Assembly: GCA_017499595.2 (NCBI GenBank)
Contig: CM039003.1
Span: 1,922,001 to 1,986,000, forward strand
Length of the DNA: 64,000 bases
From: Psilocybe cubensis
Taxonomy: Eukaryota
Direction: 5' to 3'
Under the pieces are notes generated by a model, which was not told where the DNA came from, did no database searches, and worked only from the letters and a program-made list of their open reading frames with translations. Positions 1-11,759 of the stretch are shown piece by piece. How positions within the stretch are numbered: position 1 is the stretch's first letter; every line of letters begins with the position of its first letter. Made by a program: the position numbers and the translations under genes.

Positions 1-213
1 GCAGGGTTCTTGCAATCATGACACGCCCCAGCTCCTGCGTTGGCTGGCAGTTTGACAGACCCGGTCCAGGGGTGATCCCTCGCCTGGCAAGCCTCTAACC
101 AACGCGAGAGCTGGGCCCTGTCGCGTTTCTGATATACGAACGTTTGCTTACCGGTGGGACGGGTATTTATACGAACGCGAATGAGGGGAATGTTGAACCT
201 CATTAAACAGATC

Positions 214-254
214 AGGGGTCAGGTGATAGGGGTCAGGTGATAGGGGTCAGGTGA
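214..254. repeat. 14-bp tandem repeat (AGGGGTCAGGTGAT) x ~3
   Basis: Three consecutive copies read directly from the sequence. Confidence 0.9.
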
Positions 255-466
255 CGTAGGTGGACGCGTTGCACCCGCGACACACTTCAACTGCTTTGAC
301 CTCAGAACACCTGGTAATACGTCAGTCCGCTACAAACACAAACACCGCAGAGTAATGCAGGTCTCAGGAATACTACCCAGGTGCGTTATATTTCATGCAT
401 CCCTTTTGTAAGGCCAAATTGACAATATAGTATTGAAAGTGCTGCAGATTCTATTTCACAAACCGT

Positions 467-1370
467 CTAAACAATAGCAATGGGATTGTCAGACTGCAAA
501 GGCTGAGGAGGAATGTAAACCGGTACGTTAATGCCATGGGACGTCAACGCTGCTTTCAGCTGTTGGCTCCAATGCCTCTCTTCTACCAGCATAATTGCTG
601 TGTTGTGTTCCTGTCTGACATATGTCCTCAACTGCTCTTCTAGACCCTCCACCACCAACGTCAGGTATGCAGAGCGTTGTTTGGAATTCTTCACAGACCT
701 AACCAAGTTTTTTACCGCCTTTTTAGTTGACTGGGCCTCCTGGCGTGCTGCGGCAAGGTCCAACCATGCCGTTCAAAGCTGATTCTTATAGGCCACAGCT
801 TCTCTTGTTGCCTCGATGGCTATTTCACGCCAAACAGTAATCTCTGCCTCCAGATCGCGTCGGGAACGTGGATAGGCCCTGTTCAAGCTGATTGTGGTTT
901 TGTTGCGGGGAACCTTGGAGGAATGGTCTAATAAAGTGGATGTGAGTGGTCTCAACCTTTCACAGCAATACTGTCAACTTATGAAACGCACCATTCTTTT
1001 CAGGCATTTTGGATACAACCGGCTGGTCTTCGAGATCGCTTTGGCACGTTGATCCAGGGGTATCACCTAGTTGAGTTTGGATGGTGTAAGTTCAAGTGCA
1101 TTCGTGATAAGATTCTATTTACCAAGGCCGTAAAAACTGTAGTTGGGCAGACCATCAGTAACGTCAAGCCCTACGGGTGGGAGGTCAGGGTAGGTTATGC
1201 TGAGGTTTAACAAGGTTTGTTTACTGACCTGCATTCAGAGTTGACAGGTACTTTTTAGGTGCCTCATCGTCTTCATCTTGGTTGTGCTTCCTGAAACTTT
1301 TTTTTGGCGATGGAGTCTTAGGCGACAGCAGGCGGGATGGTAGACAATTGTCAAGAGTGTTGGTAGACAT
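467..1370 (-). pseudogene. Degraded multi-exon gene with a coiled-coil C-terminus, probably transposon-borne
   Basis: ATG at 1370 (MSTNTLDN...) with GT-AG introns. ORFs 773-955 and 467-763 share a frame and are separated by one TGA at 773-775 (...YKNQL*TAWLDLAAARQ...). Confidence 0.6.
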
Positions 1371-1520
1371 GTTGAGCGGTTCAAGATAACGAAACCACAC
1401 AAATATCAGACTGATGGTTAAGGGAGTGAGAGAGTGAGACAAAAGGTGAGCAAACCTTTGGAATAACTTTGACGCCTCCTTTTTATGTGACGCATAGGTT
1501 TGTTGTTGTTGATGTGACAC

Positions 1521-1578
1521 GACGCGAATTGTTGATTGACCTCGAACGCGACGCGAATTGTTGATTGACCTCAAACGC
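1521..1578. repeat. 29-bp tandem duplication (GACGCGAATTGTTGATTGACCTC(G/A)AACGC) x2 between the divergent pseudogenes
   Basis: Two copies with one mismatch. Confidence 0.9.
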
Positions 1579-1668
1579 GATGTGATTCGTTTGTTGTGGC
1601 AAACATGGCAAATCAAACTTGGGGTATAAAAGCAAGGTAAGAGATGTTTGCTTGATTCTGAATCCACA

Positions 1669-3228
1669 ATGTCTCATTCTTCGATTGACCCAGCTTTTGC
1701 ATCACAGCCTGTTTCTCGTGACGTGGACCGCCCAACTGGTACATAGCTGTTTATTGACAACCTGGTTCACCGATTCAACCTCACAAGCAACCACAGTGCA
1801 GATCTCACTTTTCTTTATCAGGTAAACTTGTTTTTTACATAACGCCTACATCAAACTGCTTCTAACTCGTAAACCCGCAGATCTGTACAGCCGTGCCTGA
1901 AGAGCAACCTCCTTAGACCGAAGTGATAAGTCGAATCATGATGTTGGCCTGCCAGTTTGGGGCCGAAGTTCGTCTGCATAAAGCACTGACTGCCACGCAA
2001 ACACATCTACAAGGACTCGGGCAGCTGAGCAGTTTTTTGGCTGATTATGAGCTGCAAAAAGATGAGAACTTTGTGTTATCAAATGCACAAAAGGTGAGTC
2101 ATTGTTTGCCTTTATGAACACGGTGGTCTGAGCCAGCTTTTAGATGGCCATTAAATCAACCTGTATCAAAGAGCTTCTAAAGCCCTCTAGACAGTCCTTT
2201 AAGACGCTTCACATCGATGTTGAGGTGCGTTCTTTTCACTTTAATTGGCGGTCTAAAACAAATGCATTTGCAGGCAAAGATGAAAAAAAAGCCCGCAGAC
2301 AATTACCTTGACAACATCCTGAATCGGCTGGGACGTGAGGCCAAATGGATGGCGCATATACAAACCGTTTGTACAATTCAGAGAAACACGCTTCGAAAAG
2401 AGGTGTGTGGTTGTCCGGTTTACCATATGCCGTGTACTGATGTGTGAAATTAAAGATCATACAAAGCATAACTCCAGGCCCAAAGTTTACTTCTGTGCAA
2501 GAATTTGCGGCGGGCCTCATTGTGAAATATTGTCTGCCTACGTCAGAGTCTGGTGCAAATTCCAATACAGCTTACCTCTCAAAACATGTGTTATTGGTGT
2601 GTCTTCAATATTTCTGATTCAAAAAGTTTCACTAACGTGGCAATGTAAAGTGGCGGTTTTTCTGGGACCATTCATCTATGTTTTCGGCCTTTGAACTTGA
2701 GAAGGATGACAACAACTCAGAAGAGGAGAACAATGACCAGGATTTTGGAACACCAAGCACCGACAACTCTAGCGATTCGGGTCATTCTGCTACCAAAAAC
2801 GTAAATTGCAAAAAACAAACATTCCCGCTGGGAAAACTCGCGGTCGGGTGGCTGATGGCGAAGACTATTGGTCCAAAGTTGATCAATGGCTCAAGAGGCT
2901 TGACGATGAGCTGGGAGATAATACAGCTGAGTTGAAACAGTCCGAGTTTTCTCTTGTATTCTCAATGAGTTATGCTAAGCTTGTGAATAGATTTATTGCT
3001 GAATGTCTGGAGATGGACTCTCTCAGGACCAATAAAGGCTTAGATTTCTCAAGCCACCCTTCCGAGCGCTCTTTTACCAGCCCTAGCGATGTCACATCCG
3101 ACCCACAACCCACCACTATACAGTCCTTTCCTTCCAATTCTTCTTCGAGGCTGCCTGAACCTCATTTAAATTTTGGTAATGCAATTGCTCAATTATTTAG
3201 TGGTCCTTCAACAGGTAGACCTTTTTAG
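1669..3228 (+). pseudogene. Multi-exon pseudogene of an uncharacterised, probably repeat-associated protein
   Basis: TATAAAA at 1625 and ATG at 1669. Phase-consistent GT-AG introns (e.g. 1822-1880, 2094-2143). In-frame TAG at 1744 and 1914. A 1-nt frameshift in the A-run near 2795 interrupts ...ATK(K)RKLQKTNIPAGKTRGRVADGEDYWSKVDQW. Confidence 0.75.
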
Positions 3229-3699
3229 CCACTAGACTCCACTACAATATAGTTATTAATTATGCGGAAATGTATGTGTAAACGCAACTAAATCTGAAGT
3301 TGATGTTGAGAACATGTAGCCCCTAATATTCAGTTTGCTAGTGTTTGGCACCGGTGATCATTTGATCAACAGCAACGAGTTATCGCTTTCATCTTTTCCT
3401 CCATGATCTCGCACAGCGGCACCGTGTTTTCCGCCGTGCATTGTTAAGAGATCCAGCCCTTTCATGTACTAAAAGCCATGCACTGGAAAGATCCAGATTC
3501 CCAATATGTGGGAACGCGTTGAGCGGCATGGTTGGGCATAGTTTTTTTTTGGTGACTGACATTTGATTTGTAGATCGCACACTGGTGCAAGAACCTGCTT
3601 ATTGCTGAGTATTTTTAGACAGCTATCCATGGCGAAAATTACTTATTTTAACACCACAGGTTCAAGAATATGTGCTTTGAAGTTTGACAAGGTCCAAGA

Positions 3700-3862
3700 A
3701 CACCATTGCCGGAATCGATAGCCATCGTTGACACCATAGTTTGGCTCTGGAGAATGGGTGATAGTTGGATGCGCAACACAACATCGTCAACGCCATAGCC
3801 GGAATCGATCGCCATTGTCGACACCATAGTTTGGCTCTGTGGAATGGGTATTTGTGGATGCA
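3700..3862. repeat. Imperfect 90-bp tandem duplication
   Basis: GCCGGAATCGAT..CCAT..GACACCATAGTTTGGCTCTG occurs at 3708 and again at 3798. Confidence 0.85.
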
Positions 3863-4699
3863 ATAACCCAGTGAGTACTTTATAGGATAGACGTTAGATT
3901 AGTAGTTATTTAGCTTCAGCTTCATGCTCAATATATGGTGTTTTATTATAACCTAATCTTGTATGAAAGACCAAAAATAAAATTTCACAATGATATTATA
4001 CTGTGAATACATATGAAAAGCCTACAAAAAAATATGTATTTGCTAGAATGTGGCTGACACAAACGGTGCTTGGCACTTATGTGGCAGCCACATGAATTTC
4101 GGCCTGTTGTGTCACCCACTGATATCGGATGGAGGTGGCAGACACATGTTTATTTGTGTCTGACATACATCGGCCAAACACATCCAAAAATGTGTCCAGC
4201 GGCCGCCTGTGTATATGTTTGATGCAAATCAACAAATAGAGTAACATCATGCATGTGTTTTGATTGGGAATTTGCATTCAATTTTACCCACATACAATTC
4301 GCTGCACAATAGTACGCGTACCTACGGACTGGTAACAAGGTATTACAGCTACACATCTAGTGGAATCCAGCAGAACTAAGCCGCAGAACATCGCAGATGG
4401 TCCAGTCAGGCGGGTAGAACAGCGTACAAGTCCGGGGCATGTACACACATCCGTTCATCAATTGATGCTTCTTCAGAAGTGCTTTTCTTCTAATTGAAAC
4501 CAATCCAACTATCTGCACGGCCCTCCCAACTTTTTTTTCGTCGGTGTCAGTTGTACTCCGGTCGGAGATAATTCTCGTTGCATGAGGCATGCCTAGTCAT
4601 TGAGTACAACAATCTCACAATCCTGAGAAAGAGTGGATTTTCAGTAACTATGAACAACCAAGTTTTTCAGTAACAGTAAATGATAAATAACTTGATTTC

Positions 4700-5767
4700 C
4701 TACATTGGACTGGGTTTCCCGCTGGCTCCTGGGCCTACTTTTTGCATACTGGGAAGGCGCATGGGATGCGGGGCTTCAAAGATTGGCCGAAAATCTGATC
4801 CACTATCTTTTCTGGGATATGAAGGAAGCAGGCCCATGAGCCTTCGTAATTCTTCGTTTTCTTTTTCAAGCCGGGCAAGTTCAATATCTCGTTCTAATGC
4901 GTATTCGGAAGCCGCTGCTGCCGTCCATGGTTCACGGTCTTCAACGTCATCCGTCCGGGTAACAGGAGAGTCGGCGTCTTCTCCATTTTGCGATCGAAGC
5001 ACTTGCCTAAGGAGATGTGACAGTCGGACAAGTGAATTGGATATGGCAGTACTTGAGTCAAGACTTGACTCTGCGTTTTCTTCTTCTCGTGCCAGCAATT
5101 TAGCCTCATATTCACGTATCAAGGATAGTTCACGTTCTTGCACGTGTTGCTGAAAGCAAGTATAAGTATATATCAGATAATGTACTCTGGACAATACGCA
5201 CTGCTCGCGTTCGAAATGCACCTATTTCATTGTGGTCAGAAAATATCAATTTAACAGTGAAAGGGCTCAACTCATAAGGGTTTCCAGGGTTTGTTCGTAC
5301 TCCTTTATCAGGGTATTCAATTGCTTATTGTCGTGCTGCAGGCTTTGATTCTCCGACGTCATGGCGTTATTCATACTCTCTAACTCGGCATCGTATTCCT
5401 CTACCCAGAAAAGCCATTAAAACGGCGCTCTCAGACGAAGAAAGTACCAATCCCATACCCTTCGACTTGTCCATGTTAAACCTGGCGTCTCTCTTTAGTA
5501 TGTGGGAAGAAGACTGAGCAACAAACGTACCGACGTAGCACGAAGCCCGTTTGTGAATTTATTGCTTGAGTCTGATGACAAGGCTATTAATGAACGATTT
5601 CTGCTCTAATAAACAGTAGAATTTGCCTTCAATTTTCCGGCTAGTCCATATAATGAGACCGACATGCTGCGGTTCTGGCTAAGCTGCTCCCCAAGCTCAG
5701 TGATAACTGTCCATAGCTGCTGCATAAGGTCGTGATCGTTAGTGGTGTTTGCGTCCAAGATAGCCAT
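4700..5767 (-). CDS. Coiled-coil protein, possibly SIKE/Far3-like
   Basis: Spliced reading MAILDANTTNDHDLMQQLWTVITELGEQLSQNR...LQHDNKQLNTLIKEYEQTLETLM...ARLEKENEELRR. The family assignment is tentative. Confidence 0.7.
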
Positions 5768-6137
5768 GATGATTCGTTCGTAAGAAACGCGATATGCAAA
5801 AGTCTTTAAGTACAAATTAGTTTGAGAGGCCTGATATGCTTGAGGATTATTTGGCCTATACAGTCTGTGTTGGGGTATTCCAAGGGTATTCAGATGTCAG
5901 ACTTTGGAATTACAAGACTGAGGGGGGATCCTTGATCAAAGCGTGACCCCAGGATAGCCAATCCAGTCACGTGAATTATTTTTCTTGAAAGAGGCTCCGT
6001 TGTGCTTTAGGCGCGGAATTCAGCTTAACATTGGATCTGTACAGTGGATTCAACTCTGTTGAATCTCTTCACTTGTCTCTTTTCATTATCTCAAGGAAAT
6101 TCTGCCCCTAAAATACGAGTCAAATTTTTATTGGACA

Positions 6138-8862
6138 ATGTCGGACTATGTTATGACCATAGATTCTGATCCTGAGGATATACCCATCCCCTCGACCTCA
6201 AAACCGTCAAAATCAAAATCAAAAAATGCAAACGTACCTGCCGATGATGCAAATCTCGATCCTGACTTTGTGTTTGACGTTGCCGGCGATCCATATATCG
6301 ACCTCACCAATGAGGCCATGGGGTTGCAAGACTTTGTGAAAACAGGAAGCAAGCCGGTACGTATGTTCTGTTGGTATCACCTATCCAATCAATTAAAAGT
6401 TATTTTACAGCAACCAATATCTGTTGACGAAATTATTGCTCGGAGACGCCTGAATCGCAAGCGTAAACGCGTAGAGGAGCGAAGTGAAAGTGAAGACGAA
6501 GACGAAGACGAAGACGAAGGGGATGCCCTCGATTCAGATGAAAAGGATACAGACACAGAATCTATTCAAGGAGAAGATGAGGAAGATGAAGACCCCCTTG
6601 CAACTTCTGATGAGGAGGTCGAGAATGAAAACGAATCAGACTCAGAAAATGATTTGGAATATGGATCCTCAGACGAGGATTCCGACTCGGAAGAGGAAAC
6701 ACAAGCACAAAAGGAGAGAAAAGCAGCTTTCTTCGACTCAGAATCAGGACCAACTGAATCACACGACTCTTTCTTGTCGATGAATCTTTCTAGACCTTTG
6801 CTGAAGGCTATTGCAACTCTGGGATTCACCAAACCTACACCTATCCAGGCTGCAACAATTCCTGTCGCCCTTTTAGGAAAAGATGTTGTTGGAAATGCTG
6901 TTACGGGCTCCGGGAAAACTGCTGCTTTTATGATTCCTATGCTTGAACGTCTACTTTTCCGTGAGAAGGGGAAAAAAGCTGCTGCGACTCGCTGTGTTGT
7001 CTTGGTGCCAACAAGAGAGCTCGGCGTCCAATGTTTCGACGTTGGTACCAAACTGGCAATGCACACAGACGTTCAACTGGCCTTGCTCGTTGGTGCGTAA
7101 TGACTTTTGCAAAGTTAAAAGCTTATTTATTGTCTGCGCCAGGTGGTCTATCCCTTAAGTCTCAGGAAATTGCTCTCCGAGCTCGACCAGACATCGTGAT
7201 CGCAACCCCAGGTCGACTCATTGATCATATCCGAAATTCACCATCCTTTAATCTTGACGCCGTTGATATCCTAGTTCTTGACGAAGCCGACAGAATGTTG
7301 TCCGATGGTTTTGCTGACGAACTGTCTGAAATTATCAAATCTTGCCCCAACTCGCGTCAAACCATGCTTTTCTCCGCCACCATGACCGATTCCGTCGATG
7401 AACTGGTCAAGATGTCCTTGAACAAACCAGTCAGGCTCTTTGTTGATCCAAAACGAACAACAGCAACCGGTCTTGTCCAGGAATTTGTCCGCGTGAGGGC
7501 AGGAAAAGAAAACGAACGTTCAGCTTTGCTTGCAGCGCTTTGCAAACGAACATTTCGTAGTAAAGTTATTATTTTCTTGCGAAGCAAAAAGTTGGCGCAT
7601 CAGATGCGGATTGTCTTCGGCTTACTGGGGATGAAGTGTGAAGAGCTGCATGGCGACTTAACTCAAGAACAGGTTTGTTCCATCCCTATGCTTAGCCTAC
7701 TCCTTTTGACAACTTTTCTAGCGTCTCAACGCCCTTCACGCGTTCCGCGAGGGTAATGTAGATTACTTAATGGCAACAGACCTTGCTTCGCGTGGTTTAG
7801 ATATCAAAGGGGTTGAGACAGTTATTAATTACGATATGCCGTCCCAATTGGCCCAATACCTTCATCGGGTTGGCAGAACTGCTCGTGCTGGAAAAAAGGG
7901 GCGGTAAGTGTCTGAGAAAAGTATTGTTGTACCGCTGACTGGATATAAGGTTTTAGATCTGTCACATTGGTTGGAGAAGCAGACCGTAAAATGCTCAAGG
8001 CTGCCATCAAGCGAAGCACCGGAGAAGATCAAGTTCGCCATCGCATAGTTCCTGCTGAAACTGTACAAGTTTGGGTCGAAAAACTTGCAGCTTTGAAATC
8101 AGAAATTGCAGAAATCTTGGAAGAAGAAAAGGAGGAAAAGCAGGTGTGTTTTCTATCTGTTCTCTTACAGAACTTGCTCTGAGCTTGAGGATAGATTCGA
8201 AAGGCGGAGATGGAATTGAAAAAGGGACAGAATATGATTGAGCACGAAGCTGAAATATACTCCCGGCCTGCTCGAACATGGTTTCAATCTGCAAAGGACA
8301 AACAAAAGGCTGAAGGTATGTTAGGGGAAGTGTTTATGAACACATACTTATATATATCTTTGACAAGATCTAAGTAAACTTGTCCACGAAAATGGTAACA
8401 AGCTAAAAGCTGCCCAAAAGGCTGTAGACGAGAACAAGGCAAGTACACACTCTTCAATGCTTTTTCGTGCTTGTAGAATAACCTTTTTTCTTCTTTTAGC
8501 CAAAACGAGACAAAATGTCGGGTCTTTCGCGTAAAGCGAAACGACGAAAATTGATCGCTGAAGAAGACAAAGAATTCAACGACTCTAAAGCAATTAATGC
8601 ATCCATTCGCTCCGCTAAAAAGGCGAACCGCCCCGCGAAGATTGGCCTTCCTGAGCAAAAACTCGCACGGCCCTCCAAGAAGAAAAACAAGTCTGCTGCC
8701 AAAATATCCAAAGGCAAAGGCATTTTCGAAAGTGACTTCGGTCAAAAATTCAAATCGACCAATGAAGGCATTCGTGCCAAAAGAGACGACGCTATCAAAA
8801 CAAGTAAGAAAATCGGAAAGGGTGGAAAACTGAAGAACAAAGGGCCTCATAAGCGCAAGTAA
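6138..8862 (+). CDS. DRS1: DEAD-box RNA helicase Drs1/DDX27 (60S biogenesis)
   Basis: Q motif [33 protein letters not shown] and HRVGRTAR; acidic N-terminus and basic C-terminus. Confidence 0.93.
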
Positions 8863-8911
8863 AACGTTGATTTTTCTCATTTATTCTTATTTTCTTTCTT
8901 AGTCAATATCT

Positions 8912-11127
8912 CTACAAATTAAGACGTCCCGTCGATGTGCATTTGATCAATTCTATCCATACCAAAGCAATCCCTTCCTCCTCACATCCAACTTGCATAC
9001 CGTTGTCTTTCAAAATGAAATACTCCCTTGCAGGAGTTTGTACCACAGCTAATGCAGGATGAAGTGGTTCACCGTATGTCGTTGTAAAATGGACACTTTC
9101 GACGTGGTGGTGTCTGTTTGACATTTAGTAATGAACAAATTTGCTGTCGACGATAGAGCTACACACGCTGGTAAGAACAGATTTAGATTTTGGGCTCCAT
9201 ATTTCCGTGTATCGCTTATGGATGGTCGACCATCAAATTCTTGCATCATTTCACTTACTGTGCGCCATGGTCCACTAATGCTGTAAGTGACTCGATCGTT
9301 TAGCACATTACGCTTTATTCCGTGAGTTTTCCCTCACCTATTACTTGTAACACAAGCAAGAACATAACGGTTGGCAACGCTAAGCTTTTCCAGACCGATT
9401 TGCCCTTCCCCTTGAATTCTCTTCAACCAGGCTTTGCTTATTCCTTGTTCGTACTCCTCATGGTTAGTCCAGCGTAATCGTTTAGACAGCCCAATATGTC
9501 CAACGTCATCGCTCCTGTCGGAAATTTTTCTAATATATGCTCCCCAATCTATTCGAAGTTTGTTCTGTTGCATTGGAGACGAAACAGGCGCCATTGACCC
9601 TCCAATTACTTCGCAAGTTTCTTGAATGACATAAAATGTCTCGACCGATGTTGAGGAGCAGTATGTAACTTTCCAGATTTCGTCTTCAATTATCTCCTGT
9701 GCATCGACGACTTTTCCTAATATGTTACCTGCGCCTTTAAATCCATCGGTGCAGTTGCCGACGGAGACCACGAAATAGAGTTTTGTGATTAAAAACCTAG
9801 ACCATTCAGTAAGGAATTCAAAAATAAATTTATAGCTCACAACCACCTCAGCGCAACGGTAAGCTGCTTTTCGTGATCGGGGCTCGACCACAAACGTTCA
9901 TCAATGTCAAAACCGTCTTTCAAAGCGCTTGGTAGAAATGACTGTTCATATATACGTTTTCTTAACTCCATTTCCTTTTCACGGAAATGAAGGTATGGCC
10001 AGAAGTTGGTCATATTAACGGAATAACGACTGAGAACGGTTTGCAGCCTTTTACCAGGAAATTTGCGCAATAATTGATGAAACGCAGAAAGATATGCTAT
10101 CAGCGCGTCAATAGGAAGCAAAAATCATTTTATGAGGGAATCCACCAGAGTAACGAAACACTCGTGAAACCAGAGAGCAAGACTTGAGGTCATCAAAAGA
10201 TATCGCGCTCAAGACTAATGAAAGCCGAGCAACTTGTTTCCTTTGAGATACCGTAGGAGGAAGTGAAATAGAAGGCAGAGAAGGCAGATCTCCAGACCAG
10301 TAGAAGTCCAGATATCGTGAACCATTGGCCAGATAAGAAGCAATATTTTTTGAAGTTGGCAGTGTGTTCGAGTTTGACATTATTGTGCGGCTTGCGCAGA
10401 TAGTAGAATTCATCGCTTGCTTCGGTAGTGGCGCTTTGAAGCGTTTTGCGATTGGTCTAGGTAAATCCAAAGGATCATGCTTCTGCTGTCTGAATCCCGA
10501 GCCCCCTTCATCTGTTGCCTCGCATATATTCTGAGATTCTTCTGCTTTTTGTTGTTCCCGACCCCGTGTCAATGATGATGCCTTGGAGATTGAATCAAAT
10601 CGGTGATGATCATCTTCCTCATGGTTATATGATACTGGGAGCTGAATGACATTAAGCTTTGTCTTCTTATGTATATGTTCCAGGAGAGACGCCTCGGTTC
10701 TAGGTCGTTTTAGAGGGCTGAGATCATCATCATCATGCATCATAGATCCTTCTAAGCCAAAGCTTTTGTTAGAGATATGGTCAGAGATCGGCTTTTCCAG
10801 GACGGTGTCGACCATGGGCGAAGTTTTTGCATAACGCACAACTGTTCCTGGAATCGAGATAGGATTCGTGGTCGGCACTTCGGTAATTGCAACAGTGCTT
10901 ACAACGCCCGCTGAAGGAGCATCGAGCGACGTTTCAGTAGAAGTAACAAGTTTGTTCAAACTCGTGCCAGCTGAGCTACCGGATGATTTCTGCCATTCCA
11001 AGTACTTTGCTATTATTCCGCCTTTGGTCAGCTTAGAATAACCATTTATGCGTTTTTCTTTGCACATAAGCTTCAATTGCGGAACTGTGAGTTCTCTCAG
11101 ATCCGACTCAATATAAAACGACGTCAT
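8912..11127 (-). CDS. Uncharacterised protein with an N-terminal Rho-N/HEH-like motif and an F-box-like segment
   Basis: LRELTVPQLKLMCKEKRINGYSKLTK near the start; LSAISFDDLKSCSLVSRVFR. Exons match ORFs 10108-11127, 9837-10121, 9334-9891, 9049-9306 and 8912-9124. Confidence 0.7.
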
Positions 11128-11759
11128 TTATGCACTAAAGACGAATGACAGGGTGTTCAAATACTAAGCCATGATTACGTACCTTTGGGACCCTGGTTGA
11201 ACTGTTTCTTGCGTCTTTGTCCAACCTTTGCTGACCGTCTGATGAGAACGCTAAATAGCTTGTATATTAGTCAAATATATGGCCTAGAGTTCAAAGGCTT
11301 TGGGTTTTGTTGATGAAGTAGAATTGAGTTCAGATCGTGTGATCTAGGACCCAATCGATGAAGACTAAGCAAGCTTGAAGATGAAAATTCCTTGTCACCG
11401 CTGTTTTTGAGGCTTACCTAAAGTGCGAATCATAATTGTATACATGGTGGCACCAGACAGCCAAAGCAAACATTTTTTTACTATTAATTATGAACTTCCT
11501 CAGCATTATGCATAAGAGTATGATAACGTGTGAATGAAAAGATCCGATTTTCACGAATAGAACTGGCGTAAACATTGGTAGTGCTACAAACTATACTGGT
11601 ACATAAAATATGCTTTGTTGTGTACAGGGTCTCAAAGTTAAAAAGCAACCTGATTTAAGTCCGTATTGTCAAAAATAGTCCATACTAGAACCTGAATAAA
11701 TTATAGACCAAGATACCGAATCGCTGATGTCGTTCCCATACCAAGCAAAAAGATTCGGT

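Larger units (their letters stand above)
1..4362. mobile_element. Probable decayed DNA transposon, left end outside the window; possible CACTA/CMC right end at 4362
   Basis: Contains two pseudogenes and tandem repeats. Short GACACA/TGTGTC motifs cluster at 4050-4200. The candidate end ...ACACATCTAGTG reverse-complements to CACTAG. No transposase is visible. Confidence 0.4.

Noticed and set aside
6492-6518. (GAAGAC)n repeat
   Set aside because: Encodes the acidic ED tract of Drs1; ordinary low complexity.
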